DNA from: Erysipelotrichaceae bacterium
GTDB taxonomy: Bacteria > Bacillota_I > Bacilli_A > Erysipelotrichales > Coprobacillaceae
Reading direction: 5' to 3'
Assembly: GCA_028698185.1 (NCBI GenBank)
Contig: JAQVDW010000020.1
Location: forward strand, 1 to 32,000
Length of the DNA stretch: 32,000 bases
This document shows, piece after piece, positions 16,626-25,379 of the stretch. The stretch's first letter is position 1; the number at the start of each line of letters is the position of its first letter. A model generated the notes under the pieces. The model saw nothing but the letters and a program-made list of their open reading frames with translations. It was not told the origin of the DNA and ran no database searches. The translations under genes and the position numbers were made by a program.

Positions 16626-17612
16626 TCACTCGATAAAATCCAGGATCCAGTTCGCTGTGAAAAGTCTGTTTAAAAACTTTCCGACATACGGGTTCGAAAA
16701 TGCGAATATGAGCAGGTAGGTCAGCCCCAGCGAGAAGACAATCCGCTGCGAAGGCAGTGATCCGACCAGATCCATGTTGCCTACTGCCTTGATGATGAAA
16801 CCATGAAGCAGGTACACCGGCAAGGTGTAAAGACCAAGGCTGGTGACCAGGGGGATTCTTTTTTCCGGGACCAGGACCAGCAGCGAGCCGATCCAGACCA
16901 GAGCGATGACATAGGAGCACAGTTTCAAAAAAACGTTGCTTTTTGCCATCTTGTAGCTCATCGACTGATAGAATACCGCCGGGGTCAGATCGGGACTTTT
17001 TATCACATAGACGATGGCGCAAATTATAAAAAGCGCTCCGGCCAGCTTGAGAAGATCCGTCAATTGGACACTTGGCTTTATGCCACTTAGCCAAACAAGA
17101 CCGTCCCGGGCAAAGTAGCCCAGCACGAAAAACGGCAGGAAACTGAAGAAGCGGCCCAAGGAAAGATAGTAGCCGATAGTATTCTCATATCCCGCCAGGA
17201 GTCCCAAACCAAACAATCCGGCGATAATCATGATCCTTCTTTTACCGGTCGCCCCGGAGAACATCGGCAAAAGCATGTAACAAAAGACAATCGCCATAAG
17301 ATACCATAGGATCCAAAACGGGGTGGTGAACTGGATCACGATATCCGGTTTTTTCAGGATGATTTGGGAAAAGAAGAGATAGAGAAACTGGAAGATTATA
17401 TAGGGATAAACAAGGTTGGCCAGAATTTTGGCCCGGTCGTATTTGGCAAAATAGCCGGAGATGAAGATGAACAGTGGCATATGGAAGGAATAGATGACCC
17501 GATAAACCTGCATGCCCACAGGGCTTGGATAAATCTCCAGAAGATGGCCCAATACGACCAGAAACATCAACAGAAAACGAAGATTGTCAAACTTGTAAAG
17601 ACGTTGTTTCAT
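16626..17612 (-). CDS. Acyltransferase family 3 (membrane O-acyltransferase)
   Basis: The N-terminus FDNLRFLLMFLVVLGHLLE is typical of Acyl_transf_3, and there are ~10 TM helices. I place the start at ATG 17612 (MKQRLYKF). Confidence 0.8.
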   Translation of the reverse strand: MKQRLYKFDNLRFLLMFLVVLGHLLEIYPSPVGMQVYRVIYSFHMPLFIFISGYFAKYDRAKILANLVYPYIIFQFLYLFFSQIILKKPDIVIQFTTPFWILWYLMAIVFCYMLLPMFSGATGKRRIMIIAGLFGLGLLAGYENTIGYYLSLGRFFSFLPFFVLGYFARDGLVWLSGIKPSVQLTDLLKLAGALFIICAIVYVIKSPDLTPAVFYQSMSYKMAKSNVFLKLCSYVIALVWIGSLLVLVPEKRIPLVTSLGLYTLPVYLLHGFIIKAVGNMDLVGSLPSQRIVFSLGLTYLLIFAFSNPYVGKFLNRLFTANWILDFIE

Positions 17613-17780
17613 TAAAATTGTCCTTTGTCGTGAATTACTCAAAAAAACCACTTATAATCAAGTGATTTCTTAATTAGCGTTATAAGTATAATCGCAATGT
17701 CGGAATTTGTCCAGTCACAAATAAACTTTAATCCACCAAGATTAGAAAGCCATTGCATTCATTCCTTTCAACCGGCTTTT

Positions 17781-18659
17781 TTAGTCGCATTGGTGGTCCT
17801 GCCAGGCCTCGCTATTGTAATCGATCTCGATTGTGATATGTTCGATTCCTTTTTCCTGAAGTTCTTTCCGGATCTGTTTTTTTAGGTCGATGATTGAGTC
17901 ACTGGCGGTGTCGTCAGCCACAACTAAATGGAAACTCGCGAGAATGCTCTTACCCTCCAGCGACCAGAGATGGATATGATGGGCATTGATTACCTGATTG
18001 AATCGTTCAAGTTCATCCTTGAGACTGGCAATAGAATATTCAAGAGGAACGCCTTCTAAAAATATCCGCAATACCGCCAGCAGCTTGAAAACAACATTGA
18101 CCATGACGAAGATTGTGATTCCGAGCGAAAGCAGGGGATCGATGATCGCAAGGTCGCTGTAATACATCACTACGCTGCCAATCAGCACCACAACCCAGCC
18201 CAAGACATCCTCGATAAGATGCCACGATACGACTTTTTCATTGAGCGATTCGCCCTTATGGAGCCGCCAGGTTGCCAGGCCATTGACTGCGATGCCAAGT
18301 ACCGCCAAAAAGATCATGCCCAACGGATCAACCGGCGCCGGTTCTTTTAGTCGCATGAAGGAATTGTAGATGATGGCCAGCGAACCGAAGATTAGAATCA
18401 AACTGTTGATCAGGGCCCCAAGCAATGAAAAGCGGGCATAGCCATAGCTATATCGGTAGTCGGGCGCCTTGTGGGCATACTTCTCCAGCCCCCAGGCGAC
18501 AGCCAGGGAGAGAGAATCACCTAGGTCATGGAGGGCGTCTGAAAAAACCGCCATCGAATTTGTCATCATCCCGCCAAAAAGCTCAATGATGGTGAATGTG
18601 AAGTTGAGCAGGAACGCCACTTTGAGATCCCTGCCTTGATGGTCATGATCATGTTCCAT
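17781..18659 (-). CDS. Cation diffusion facilitator (CDF) family metal exporter (CzcD/ZitB-like)
   Basis: It has a His-rich N-terminus (MEHDHDHQ), the TM2 motif FSDALHDLGDS, the TM5 motif HLIEDVLGW and a C-terminal dimerisation domain. SD GAGGAGG is present. Confidence 0.9.
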   Translation of the reverse strand: MEHDHDHQGRDLKVAFLLNFTFTIIELFGGMMTNSMAVFSDALHDLGDSLSLAVAWGLEKYAHKAPDYRYSYGYARFSLLGALINSLILIFGSLAIIYNSFMRLKEPAPVDPLGMIFLAVLGIAVNGLATWRLHKGESLNEKVVSWHLIEDVLGWVVVLIGSVVMYYSDLAIIDPLLSLGITIFVMVNVVFKLLAVLRIFLEGVPLEYSIASLKDELERFNQVINAHHIHLWSLEGKSILASFHLVVADDTASDSIIDLKKQIRKELQEKGIEHITIEIDYNSEAWQDHQCD

Positions 18660-18709
18660 TAAACCGCCTCCTCGCTGCCGTTATGGCCTGAAGCCATTCT
18701 TCATATATG

Positions 18710-18916
18710 TCAGTTGTCGATATTGAGGCGATTGTAGATCAACTGGAGCTCATTTCCCACCCCGTCAAGATTGCACTCCGCATCGATGCATCTGTCGAAA
18801 ATCGCCCGGTTGATAAGGTCGAGGATGTCGACAATGTTTGCGGTCTCGATTGCCTCATGGATTATAGGGCAGTTGACCCTTAGAAATTCCCTGTCTTCAT
18901 TTGAAATGATTATCAT
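18710..18916 (-). CDS. Hypothetical 68-aa acidic protein between corA and the CDF gene
   Basis: It is an ORF only, with a weak SD (AAGGGT). It runs in the same direction as both flanking transporter genes, with gaps of 23 nt and 50 nt. Confidence 0.4.
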   Translation of the reverse strand: MIIISNEDREFLRVNCPIIHEAIETANIVDILDLINRAIFDRCIDAECNLDGVGNELQLIYNRLNIDN

Positions 18917-18939
18917 AGTTTATTACCCTTGTCTTATGC

Positions 18940-19872
18940 TTAAAACATTTTCCTTTTCATCAGTATTATTGCCAGAACTATGGATACGCTAAACGAGAAC
19001 ACCAAGATCCCGATAAAGGCCAGATTGTTCGTGGCGGCCGGGAACGGAACATTCATCCCAAAGAAGCTATAAATCATTGTCGGAATCGTCAGAAGGATGG
19101 TCACCGCGGCCATGAACTTCATCACGATGTTGAGATTGTTTGAGATTATCGATGCGAAAGCATCCATCATCCCGCCCAGGATGCCGCTGTAGATGTCAGC
19201 CATCTCCTGGACTTGGCGGTTTTCGATTACAACCTCTTCGAGCAAGGTGTACTCTAGAGAGTTCCTATCGACCAGGTTCATCTTGATGATCTTCTCAAGA
19301 ACCGATTCCACCCCAATCAGCGATGTTGATATGTAGACAAGGCTCTTCTCGAGATTTAGAAGCTGGATCAGCTCCTTGTTTTTCATCGATCCTTGAAGAT
19401 TCGTTTCAATCGCGTCCGACATCCGGTTTATCTGCTTGAGATACTGCAGATAATAGGTGGTGTTGTTCATCAGGATCTGCAACAGGAAATTCCATTTCCT
19501 GTCCGTCTGGAAATCGTCAAGTTTCTCTAAGATGAAATCATCGATTAGCGGGAGTTTCTTCTAGCAGATGGTGACGATATTGTCAGGCATCAGTACTATC
19601 CCCAAAGGATAGGTGGTGAATATCTTGGAGTCGCCCAATGTGTCATAAATCGGCACATCGACCACGACGAGAATCTTGCCATCCCGGAGTTCCACCCGAG
19701 AACGCTCCAGTTCATCGAGTGAGCTGGTGATGAACCGTTCGGGGATGCCGTAGATGTCAACAAGATTCCCGATTTCGTGGGAACTTGGATTCGTGCAGTT
19801 GACCCAGCATCCCTCTTCGAGGTGGCTGATTGGAACCAGACCATCGACAAATGACTTGTAATGTTTAATCAT
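18940..19872 (-). pseudogene. corA: CorA-family Mg2+/Co2+ transporter interrupted by one in-frame TAG
   Basis: Track ORFs 19561..19872 and 18940..19482 are in the same frame. The only interruption is TAG at 19561-19563 (...NIVTIC-TAG-KKLPLIDDFILEKL...). The C-terminus has YSFFGMNV (GMN motif) plus 2 TM. Total length of 310 codons is typical for CorA. Confidence 0.75.
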
Positions 19873-19941
19873 AACCCTACCTCGCTTTCATGTTTTCAAT
19901 CCATCTTTGATATCCGCACCTGATCCCGCCATGGGTCTGAA

Positions 19942-20186
19942 TCAAACTTTCAGCTTGAGCTTATTTCGCAACGATGCCAAGTAGAGCCGCAGTGAAGCAA
20001 GGTCGCTTTCCAGCACCTTGACCCAGACTTTCTCCAGATATGGCTGTGGGTCGCAGTACCTTTCCCACATTCTTAGCCAACAGGTGCAGTTGCCGTACTC
20101 CATAGGCGTAAGATAAAGCTGGTGACCGGCATCCGGGTTTGGATAACTTGCTTCAAATCACGTTTAGAGTCAATATTGTCGTCCAT
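19942..20186 (-). pseudogene. Remnant of an OmpR/KdpE-type response-regulator winged-helix domain (no receiver domain; about two frameshifts)
   Basis: One minus-strand frame reads GHQLYLTPMEY...YLEKVWVKVLESDLASLRLYLASLRNKLKLKV-stop. The piece in between reads QLHLLAKNVGKVL in another frame. SD AGGTGAG, ATG 20186 and a TGgTATAAT element (~20222-20245) are retained upstream. Confidence 0.45.
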
Positions 20187-20542
20187 AGGACTCACCTAAC
20201 AACAGCATCATATTTTACGCCTACATTATACCACTTTCACTTCAATTGTGCCATCAAGAGACTTGCCCATGGAAGGCTGTTTTTTAGACCCGGAATTCAA
20301 ATTCCAAGGCTTATAGCAGCTGCATTTCCATCACTTTTGTCCGGCCGCAATTCAAAAATTCGTATCCGTCAGAATAACTTCCATTTATTTTCACCTCATC
20401 ATCAAGCAGCGGTGGAATAGCCTTTAAATATATCATTACCAATGTTAAAACTGCCCATTCAGCCATTAAAAACGGATAAAACAAATCCAGGTGGAACTGT
20501 CAGATGCCAAAATATATAAAAAGGCATCTGCGCTGATCCTCA

Positions 20543-20751
20543 TCACAAACACCGGCTTTCATTATCCTTTTTTCTTTTGGGTATATCCAGGGTCCGTTGC
20601 ACCTGGTATTCGACTGAATCCTGGATATCCTCGACCATCTCACCTTTGTGGTTGACACTGACCGATGCCCCATAAAGGTTGCCCACCTGGCCATCCTGTA
20701 GTTTGTTCCTGTCATGCTGTAGAAAATTACAGCCACTTTCAATTCGTTCAT
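20543..20751 (-). pseudogene. WrbA-type flavodoxin-like NAD(P)H:quinone oxidoreductase with a large internal deletion
   Basis: After SD AAGGTGG the frame reads MNELKVAVIFYSMTGTNYRMA.W, the family N-terminus. From ~20686 a different frame reads VGNLYGASVSVNHKGEMVEDIQDSVEYQVQRTLDI, the family C-terminus (GG.PYGAS...). The middle ~130-150 codons are missing. Confidence 0.55.
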
Positions 20752-21163
20752 TTGTAAAACCACCTTGTGTTCCGGTTTCTATTTTTTCATTGGCCTAGTC
20801 CAATTTCTTTGGCAATTCTGTCAGTTCCCGCTTCTATTGGCCACTTAGATTGAAGAAGACCTCTTAGATATTCCAATATGCTCCAGAAAAATATCAGCGA
20901 CGAGAATTTCGCCCTTTTTGACGATGGCGATGACCTCGGCCCTTCTGTCAAATGGGGCTTCATGGAAGACAACCATTCCGCATTTTTCGGGATTCCTTAC
21001 CACAAACATCATGTTGGCGCAAACGGAATGGTGCTCCGATTCAAGGCAATATAAGGTTCGAGAATCAGATCATTTTTCCAATTGTGACTTTTGGGGTATT
21101 CCATAGCTTAGATATATTACTGATTGGTGATAATTTCAAATGATATGCCCCTGCCCGGTTTAA

Positions 21164-21193
21164 TACAAAAAACCACCCGAATCGGGTGGTTTT
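21164..21193. terminator. Terminator downstream of the GGDEF gene
   Basis: AAAAAACCACCCG-aat-CGGGTGGTTTTTC. The stem is 8-9 bp with an A-run and a T-run. Confidence 0.7.
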
Positions 21194-21210
21194 TCTGTCG
21201 AAGATCATCA

Positions 21211-22356
21211 TTAGGCTTGTCGGGTTTCATTGTCATATCTGGCCCGATTGAGCTTCTTGTTTTGATACATGCTCTCATCAGCCCGTTCAAGCAATGTCGA
21301 AAAACTTCCTTCAGATGCGCCGTCGTAAATGGCATGCCCGAAACTCATTGAGAGTTCGTAAGGATTACCCTCAAGAAGATTTATTTTATCGAGTTTGGCC
21401 CGGAGCCGCTGTTCTATTATTTGTGCGGCCTTTACGCTGTTAGATTCAATCACCAGGACGAATTCATCGCCCCCGATGCGAAAAGCGCTGTCCTTTACCT
21501 TGATGTTTTTCATAAGCAAGTCGGCCGCCTTGATCAAAGCCGCATCACCTACAAGATGGCCGTGGATGTCGTTTACCTGTTTGAACCGGTCAAGATCAAT
21601 CATTATGAACGTGAACGGTTGCTTCTGACGTATCTTCTGGCTGATCCGTTTTTCCAGATTGGCGCGGGTGTACAATCCGGTCAGCTCGTCGCGTTTCATT
21701 TCATCACGTTGGACCAGGATGTAGCAGCTAAGGGCAACCAGCGATACCAGCGGCCAAGTCAGAGTCTGCTTGTAGAACATAGCCTGAAAAACAGCCCCGA
21801 TCATCGGAAATATCCCAAGCGACAGGATAACATGGTGCAGCTTGGTGTTGATTGTCTTGTTGGACCTTTGGATCGACAGCAGATAACCACTGAACATGAA
21901 GATGTTCAGTGCCGTGATAAAGATGACACCGCTGTGGCGGGTGTAGACATTGGCATCAGAGATGGTGAAGATGAACCCGGTGAACGGATTGGTGGCGACA
22001 AGTCCCAACACCATCAGATTCAATCCCAAGTAGATACGCAGCCTTTTTCTCTTGACCTTCTCATCAATGATGATCGATTCATCAAGGTAGACCATCCACA
22101 GGCTCAATGGCACAAGGATCATCGCAAAAAGCTGGTAGTTGAACAGGTAGTTTAAAAACGTACCCCAGAACCCCGGTTGTCCGTCGGTCACCCATGTTAG
22201 CATCTCGAACAGCTGGATGACCACCAGGGAAACGACTATCAGCTGGAACAGAAACGCGGTCCGCGATTTCTGTTTTACTGCTACATGGATATCATAAAAT
22301 ACAAACAGCAGCATTAAAATTGCGTAAATGTATATATCTATTTGTTGTAGTAACAT
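21211..22356 (-). CDS. Membrane-anchored diguanylate cyclase (GGDEF domain)
   Basis: An N-terminal ~200 aa with ~6 TM helices is followed by LTGLYTR...IMIDLDRFKQVNDIHGHLVGD...RIGGDEFVLV. The GGDEF active site is intact. Confidence 0.9.
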   Translation of the reverse strand: MLLQQIDIYIYAILMLLFVFYDIHVAVKQKSRTAFLFQLIVVSLVVIQLFEMLTWVTDGQPGFWGTFLNYLFNYQLFAMILVPLSLWMVYLDESIIIDEKVKRKRLRIYLGLNLMVLGLVATNPFTGFIFTISDANVYTRHSGVIFITALNIFMFSGYLLSIQRSNKTINTKLHHVILSLGIFPMIGAVFQAMFYKQTLTWPLVSLVALSCYILVQRDEMKRDELTGLYTRANLEKRISQKIRQKQPFTFIMIDLDRFKQVNDIHGHLVGDAALIKAADLLMKNIKVKDSAFRIGGDEFVLVIESNSVKAAQIIEQRLRAKLDKINLLEGNPYELSMSFGHAIYDGASEGSFSTLLERADESMYQNKKLNRARYDNETRQA

Positions 22357-22604
22357 AATACCCCCTTTACATAAATGTGTATAGCATGATTTTAGTATTT
22401 TTCCCGCATCTATGCAATGATTTTTTTACAAAAAAAATCCACACCGATGTGTTTATCTACAACAAAGCGCCAAAAAGAATCAGTTAGGGCCTAATTCTTA
22501 TTCAATCGGAGAACAGCTTGCCAAGTCCGGACTTATGGGTCCGGTTTGATGTCAAAATTCATCAACAGCTATCAAAAAACCGACCGTGATAGCTGGAGCA
22601 TTGT

Positions 22605-23051
22605 TCAATCATGTTTTAGCGGCGTTTTTCTGCCGATTGCCAGTTGGTCGATCTCACAACTCAGACACAGGCCGTTGTGGCAGCATCGGAGGTTGCCACA
22701 TGCAGGGCACTGCCAGCGGCGCTGTTGTTCTTGCAGGAAGGCTGCCATGCCCTGGCTTTGAATCATCCTGAGATTCTCGATCATCGACATGTTGTATTTC
22801 ATGCGATACCTCTTGTCGAGCGCTTTGAGCCGTCTGCAAGGAAAATCCGCACACTCGAAGCAGAACCGGACTTTCCCCTCGCCTAGGATCTGGCAACTGT
22901 CTTTCATATGGAGACAGTTCATATTGCGCGGTATGCATCCTGGACAATACTTTCGTTTGAACCCGAACCGGTTCAGGTTACCCTGATAAAACTGGTAAGC
23001 ACCACAAAGGGCACAGTTCATGCCACAAGGGGCGATCATATCCTCATTCAT
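22605..23051 (-). CDS. DUF3795-family Cys-rich protein
   Basis: APCGMNCALCGAY...CPGC...CFECADFPCRRLK matches the DUF3795 cysteine pattern. Confidence 0.7.
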   Translation of the reverse strand: MNEDMIAPCGMNCALCGAYQFYQGNLNRFGFKRKYCPGCIPRNMNCLHMKDSCQILGEGKVRFCFECADFPCRRLKALDKRYRMKYNMSMIENLRMIQSQGMAAFLQEQQRRWQCPACGNLRCCHNGLCLSCEIDQLAIGRKTPLKHD

Positions 23052-23138
23052 AATATACCTCGCATAATATAATCCATCATCAGGTCCACGCTTTCTCCAA
23101 AAATCCTGAAGATTTCTGGTAACAACATGCTCTCCCTT

Positions 23139-23648
23139 TCACTTCGTCTTGCTGGTTTCATCTTTATCCTTGTCCGGATTGAGCAATTCGACCCTGGCCT
23201 TGATATTATAGGCATAATCGATCACTTCATGATAATATGATGTGTCAATATAGCTGGAGGTTATCATGAAATCGGCTGATGACTTGTTGTTGGCCATCGG
23301 GATGTCATAAAGCTGGGCGATGCGCAACAGGGCCTTGACATCTGGGTCGTGGGGTGCCGCAGTCAGGGGGTCGGCGAAGAAAACCACGAAATCGATCGCG
23401 CCTTCGACAATCTTGGCCCCTATCTGCAGGTCCCCGCCCAAAGGTCCGGAGTTGAAACCGTGGACATTTAGACCGGTATTTTCCCGGATCATGGCCGAGG
23501 TTGTTCCCGTTCCAAACAGGTTATGGCGTCTTAGCACCGCGTAGTTGTCCTGGCACCACCGGATCAGTTCGCCTTTTTTGGCATCATGGGCGATCAATGC
23601 GATATTCTTGATCGCTTTTATTTCGAGTCTGACCATTTTGTTTTCCAT
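23139..23648 (-). CDS. mgsA: Methylglyoxal synthase
   Basis: IALIAHDAKK, LFGTGTT, SGPLGGDLQIGA and FFADPLTAAPHDPDVKALLR are present. I place the start at ATG 23648 after SD AAAGGAGAA. A ~40-aa C-terminal extension goes beyond the usual length. Confidence 0.9.
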   Translation of the reverse strand: MENKMVRLEIKAIKNIALIAHDAKKGELIRWCQDNYAVLRRHNLFGTGTTSAMIRENTGLNVHGFNSGPLGGDLQIGAKIVEGAIDFVVFFADPLTAAPHDPDVKALLRIAQLYDIPMANNKSSADFMITSSYIDTSYYHEVIDYAYNIKARVELLNPDKDKDETSKTK

Positions 23649-24530
23649 ATGGTTCTCCTTTGCAATTTGATTCTTTATACAATTTCGGGCTCCTGATTTC
23701 CAGTTACAAACCACATCAGTCCACCCCATACGACAAGAATGAATATGAAATCCTCAATGACAAATCACATTGCGGCGCGATGACCCCGCTTTTTGCAGAT
23801 GCCCCAGGCAACGAATTTATAGGAATCCATGGTACCAATTCATAATCCAAAATTGTTGTGTAAAGTCTTGAAAAATACAAACCAAATTCACGACCCACGC
23901 AATGACTGCGATATAAAAACCGCCATTCAAAAAGTTCCAACACTTCTTGAAGCCACTAACTTCACCACCTTGATATCCACTCGATTTTTCATGACTGATT
24001 TTATTGTAGCTTTAGAAACCATCACTCCGATGAGAGCTTTGATATCAGCCCTTTCAAAAATCAACAGTCTACATTCATTGGATGAGAACCTTCCGAAAAC
24101 TCCAACATGAACGCCCCCACGGGCCTGCTGCACAATCGGGCAAAACAAAAGTGGATTTGGATGCCCGCCCAAAGACGTCAAGCAGTATTCCAACAGCGAA
24201 CACAATCAGCACATATATCACCGGGGCTGTTTTGCGATATTACATGTCTATTCTTTTCAACTTGCGAATCTTGAATTTCTTGAGCACTAAGATCTTCACC
24301 CTCAACCTTCATAAACATGACTTCTGTCCAGTTACCGGCGTCTCGCTCGCCATATTTTTTTACCTGTGACCAATATCCTTGCCCGGTTCCGGTTATTTGT
24401 GGAGTTTCGCAAACCGATTGTATGGATGCTACCTGCCCTGAAGCATACGCAACGATATTAACCGATTGAACTATTTATTATTAACGAACTGATCACATCT
24501 TAGAAAAACATTGAATATCAGCCACTTATA

Positions 24531-24824
24531 TTATAACACCTTAATCCAACTCTCCCAATCCAATTCCCAGTAATCGCATCTTCTTTTCCCATTATCGAAA
24601 TTTCTTGAATGCGAAATTGATCCCATTTTGGCAACGGGATCGCAATCCGATACCACATCAAAGTGTGTCATTCCTAAAAAAACATCGCCACTGCTGACAT
24701 TATCCCCCAAGTAAGGCTGTTCGCCATAGAAACAAAATCGACATTGCCTTTGGTATTCTCCTCCAATGCCGGCAATCAGGCATTGTTTACCCCCGTGAAT
24801 CAAACTGATTGTTTTCAGATTCAT
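24531..24824 (-). CDS. Hypothetical protein (97 aa from ATG 24824), family not recognised
   Basis: It is an ORF only. It overlaps the DUF2200 3' end by 38 nt, and I identified no SD. It may be a gene fragment. Confidence 0.3.
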   Translation of the reverse strand: MNLKTISLIHGGKQCLIAGIGGEYQRQCRFCFYGEQPYLGDNVSSGDVFLGMTHFDVVSDCDPVAKMGSISHSRNFDNGKRRCDYWELDWESWIKVL

Positions 24825-25170
24825 TGAGCAAAATCTTGTCCATGTTCTTGCCCTTGGCCAGCTCATCGATCAGCTTGTCAAGATAGCGGATTTCCTGCAT
24901 CAGCGGCTCCTCGATTTGTTCAACCCGGATCCCGCAGATAAGCCCGGTAATCAGCCTGCGCGCAGGATTCAATTGCGGTGCGGAATTGAAGAAGGTGGCA
25001 AAATCAACTTGCTTGTCAAGCACTTCATCAAGCTGTTCTTGATTGTATCCCGTCAACCAGAAAATAATCCGGTCGACTTCTTCCTTGGTCCGGCCCTTCT
25101 TTTGAGCCTTGGTCAGGTATAGCGGGTAGACACTTGCGAAACTCATTGTGTATATTTTTGTATTTTTCAT
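24787..25170 (-). CDS. DUF2200-family protein
   Basis: [37 protein letters not shown]...[45 protein letters not shown] matches DUF2200 closely. I place the start at ATG 25170. Confidence 0.8.
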   Translation of the reverse strand: MKNTKIYTMSFASVYPLYLTKAQKKGRTKEEVDRIIFWLTGYNQEQLDEVLDKQVDFATFFNSAPQLNPARRLITGLICGIRVEQIEEPLMQEIRYLDKLIDELAKGKNMDKILLNESENNQFDSRG

Positions 25171-25268
25171 ATAAGAAACGCCCCTTTTTGACACAGTGTT
25201 CTTCATAACTTAATTGTATTCCAAAAGCGAGTCCAAAGCAAACAATGTGCCATTTCGATTGTCAAGCC

Positions 25269-25305
25269 ATACAAAAACACCCCGGTTTGATCTGTCCAGG
25301 GTGTT
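25269..25305 (-). terminator. Terminator downstream of the deacetylase gene
   Basis: The minus strand reads AACACCC-(16 nt)-GGGTGTT-TTTGTAT. Confidence 0.45.
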
Positions 25306-25379
25306 CTTGACAAGCCATAAGTGGTCTGATGGTCCCTTATGGACGGTTGAAATAGGTTTTTAGAATGTGCATTGTTCCA

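Noticed and set aside
16564-17094. 176-aa minus-strand ORF
   Set aside because: It is an alternative frame inside the acyltransferase-3 gene. Its sequence is Gly/Pro/Arg-rich and non-membrane, whereas the 341-aa frame gives a coherent 10-TM protein.
20311-20466. 51-aa minus-strand ORF (MAEWAVLTLVMIYLKAIPPLLDDEVKINGSYSDGYEFLNCGRTKVMEMQLL)
   Set aside because: It has no SD and no recognisable family, and it lies in the decayed region. I cannot distinguish it from chance.
21421-22155. 244-aa plus-strand ORF (and 21395..21628)
   Set aside because: Both are antisense to the GGDEF cyclase gene. No SD is present.
22518-22548. Hairpin CCGGAC-ttatgg-GTCCGG followed by TTTGATG on the plus strand, as a possible terminator or sRNA end
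   Set aside because: There is no plus-strand gene or promoter upstream. The stem is short and the T-tract weak. It lies in the DUF3795-to-GGDEF intergenic region, where only minus-strand transcription is expected.
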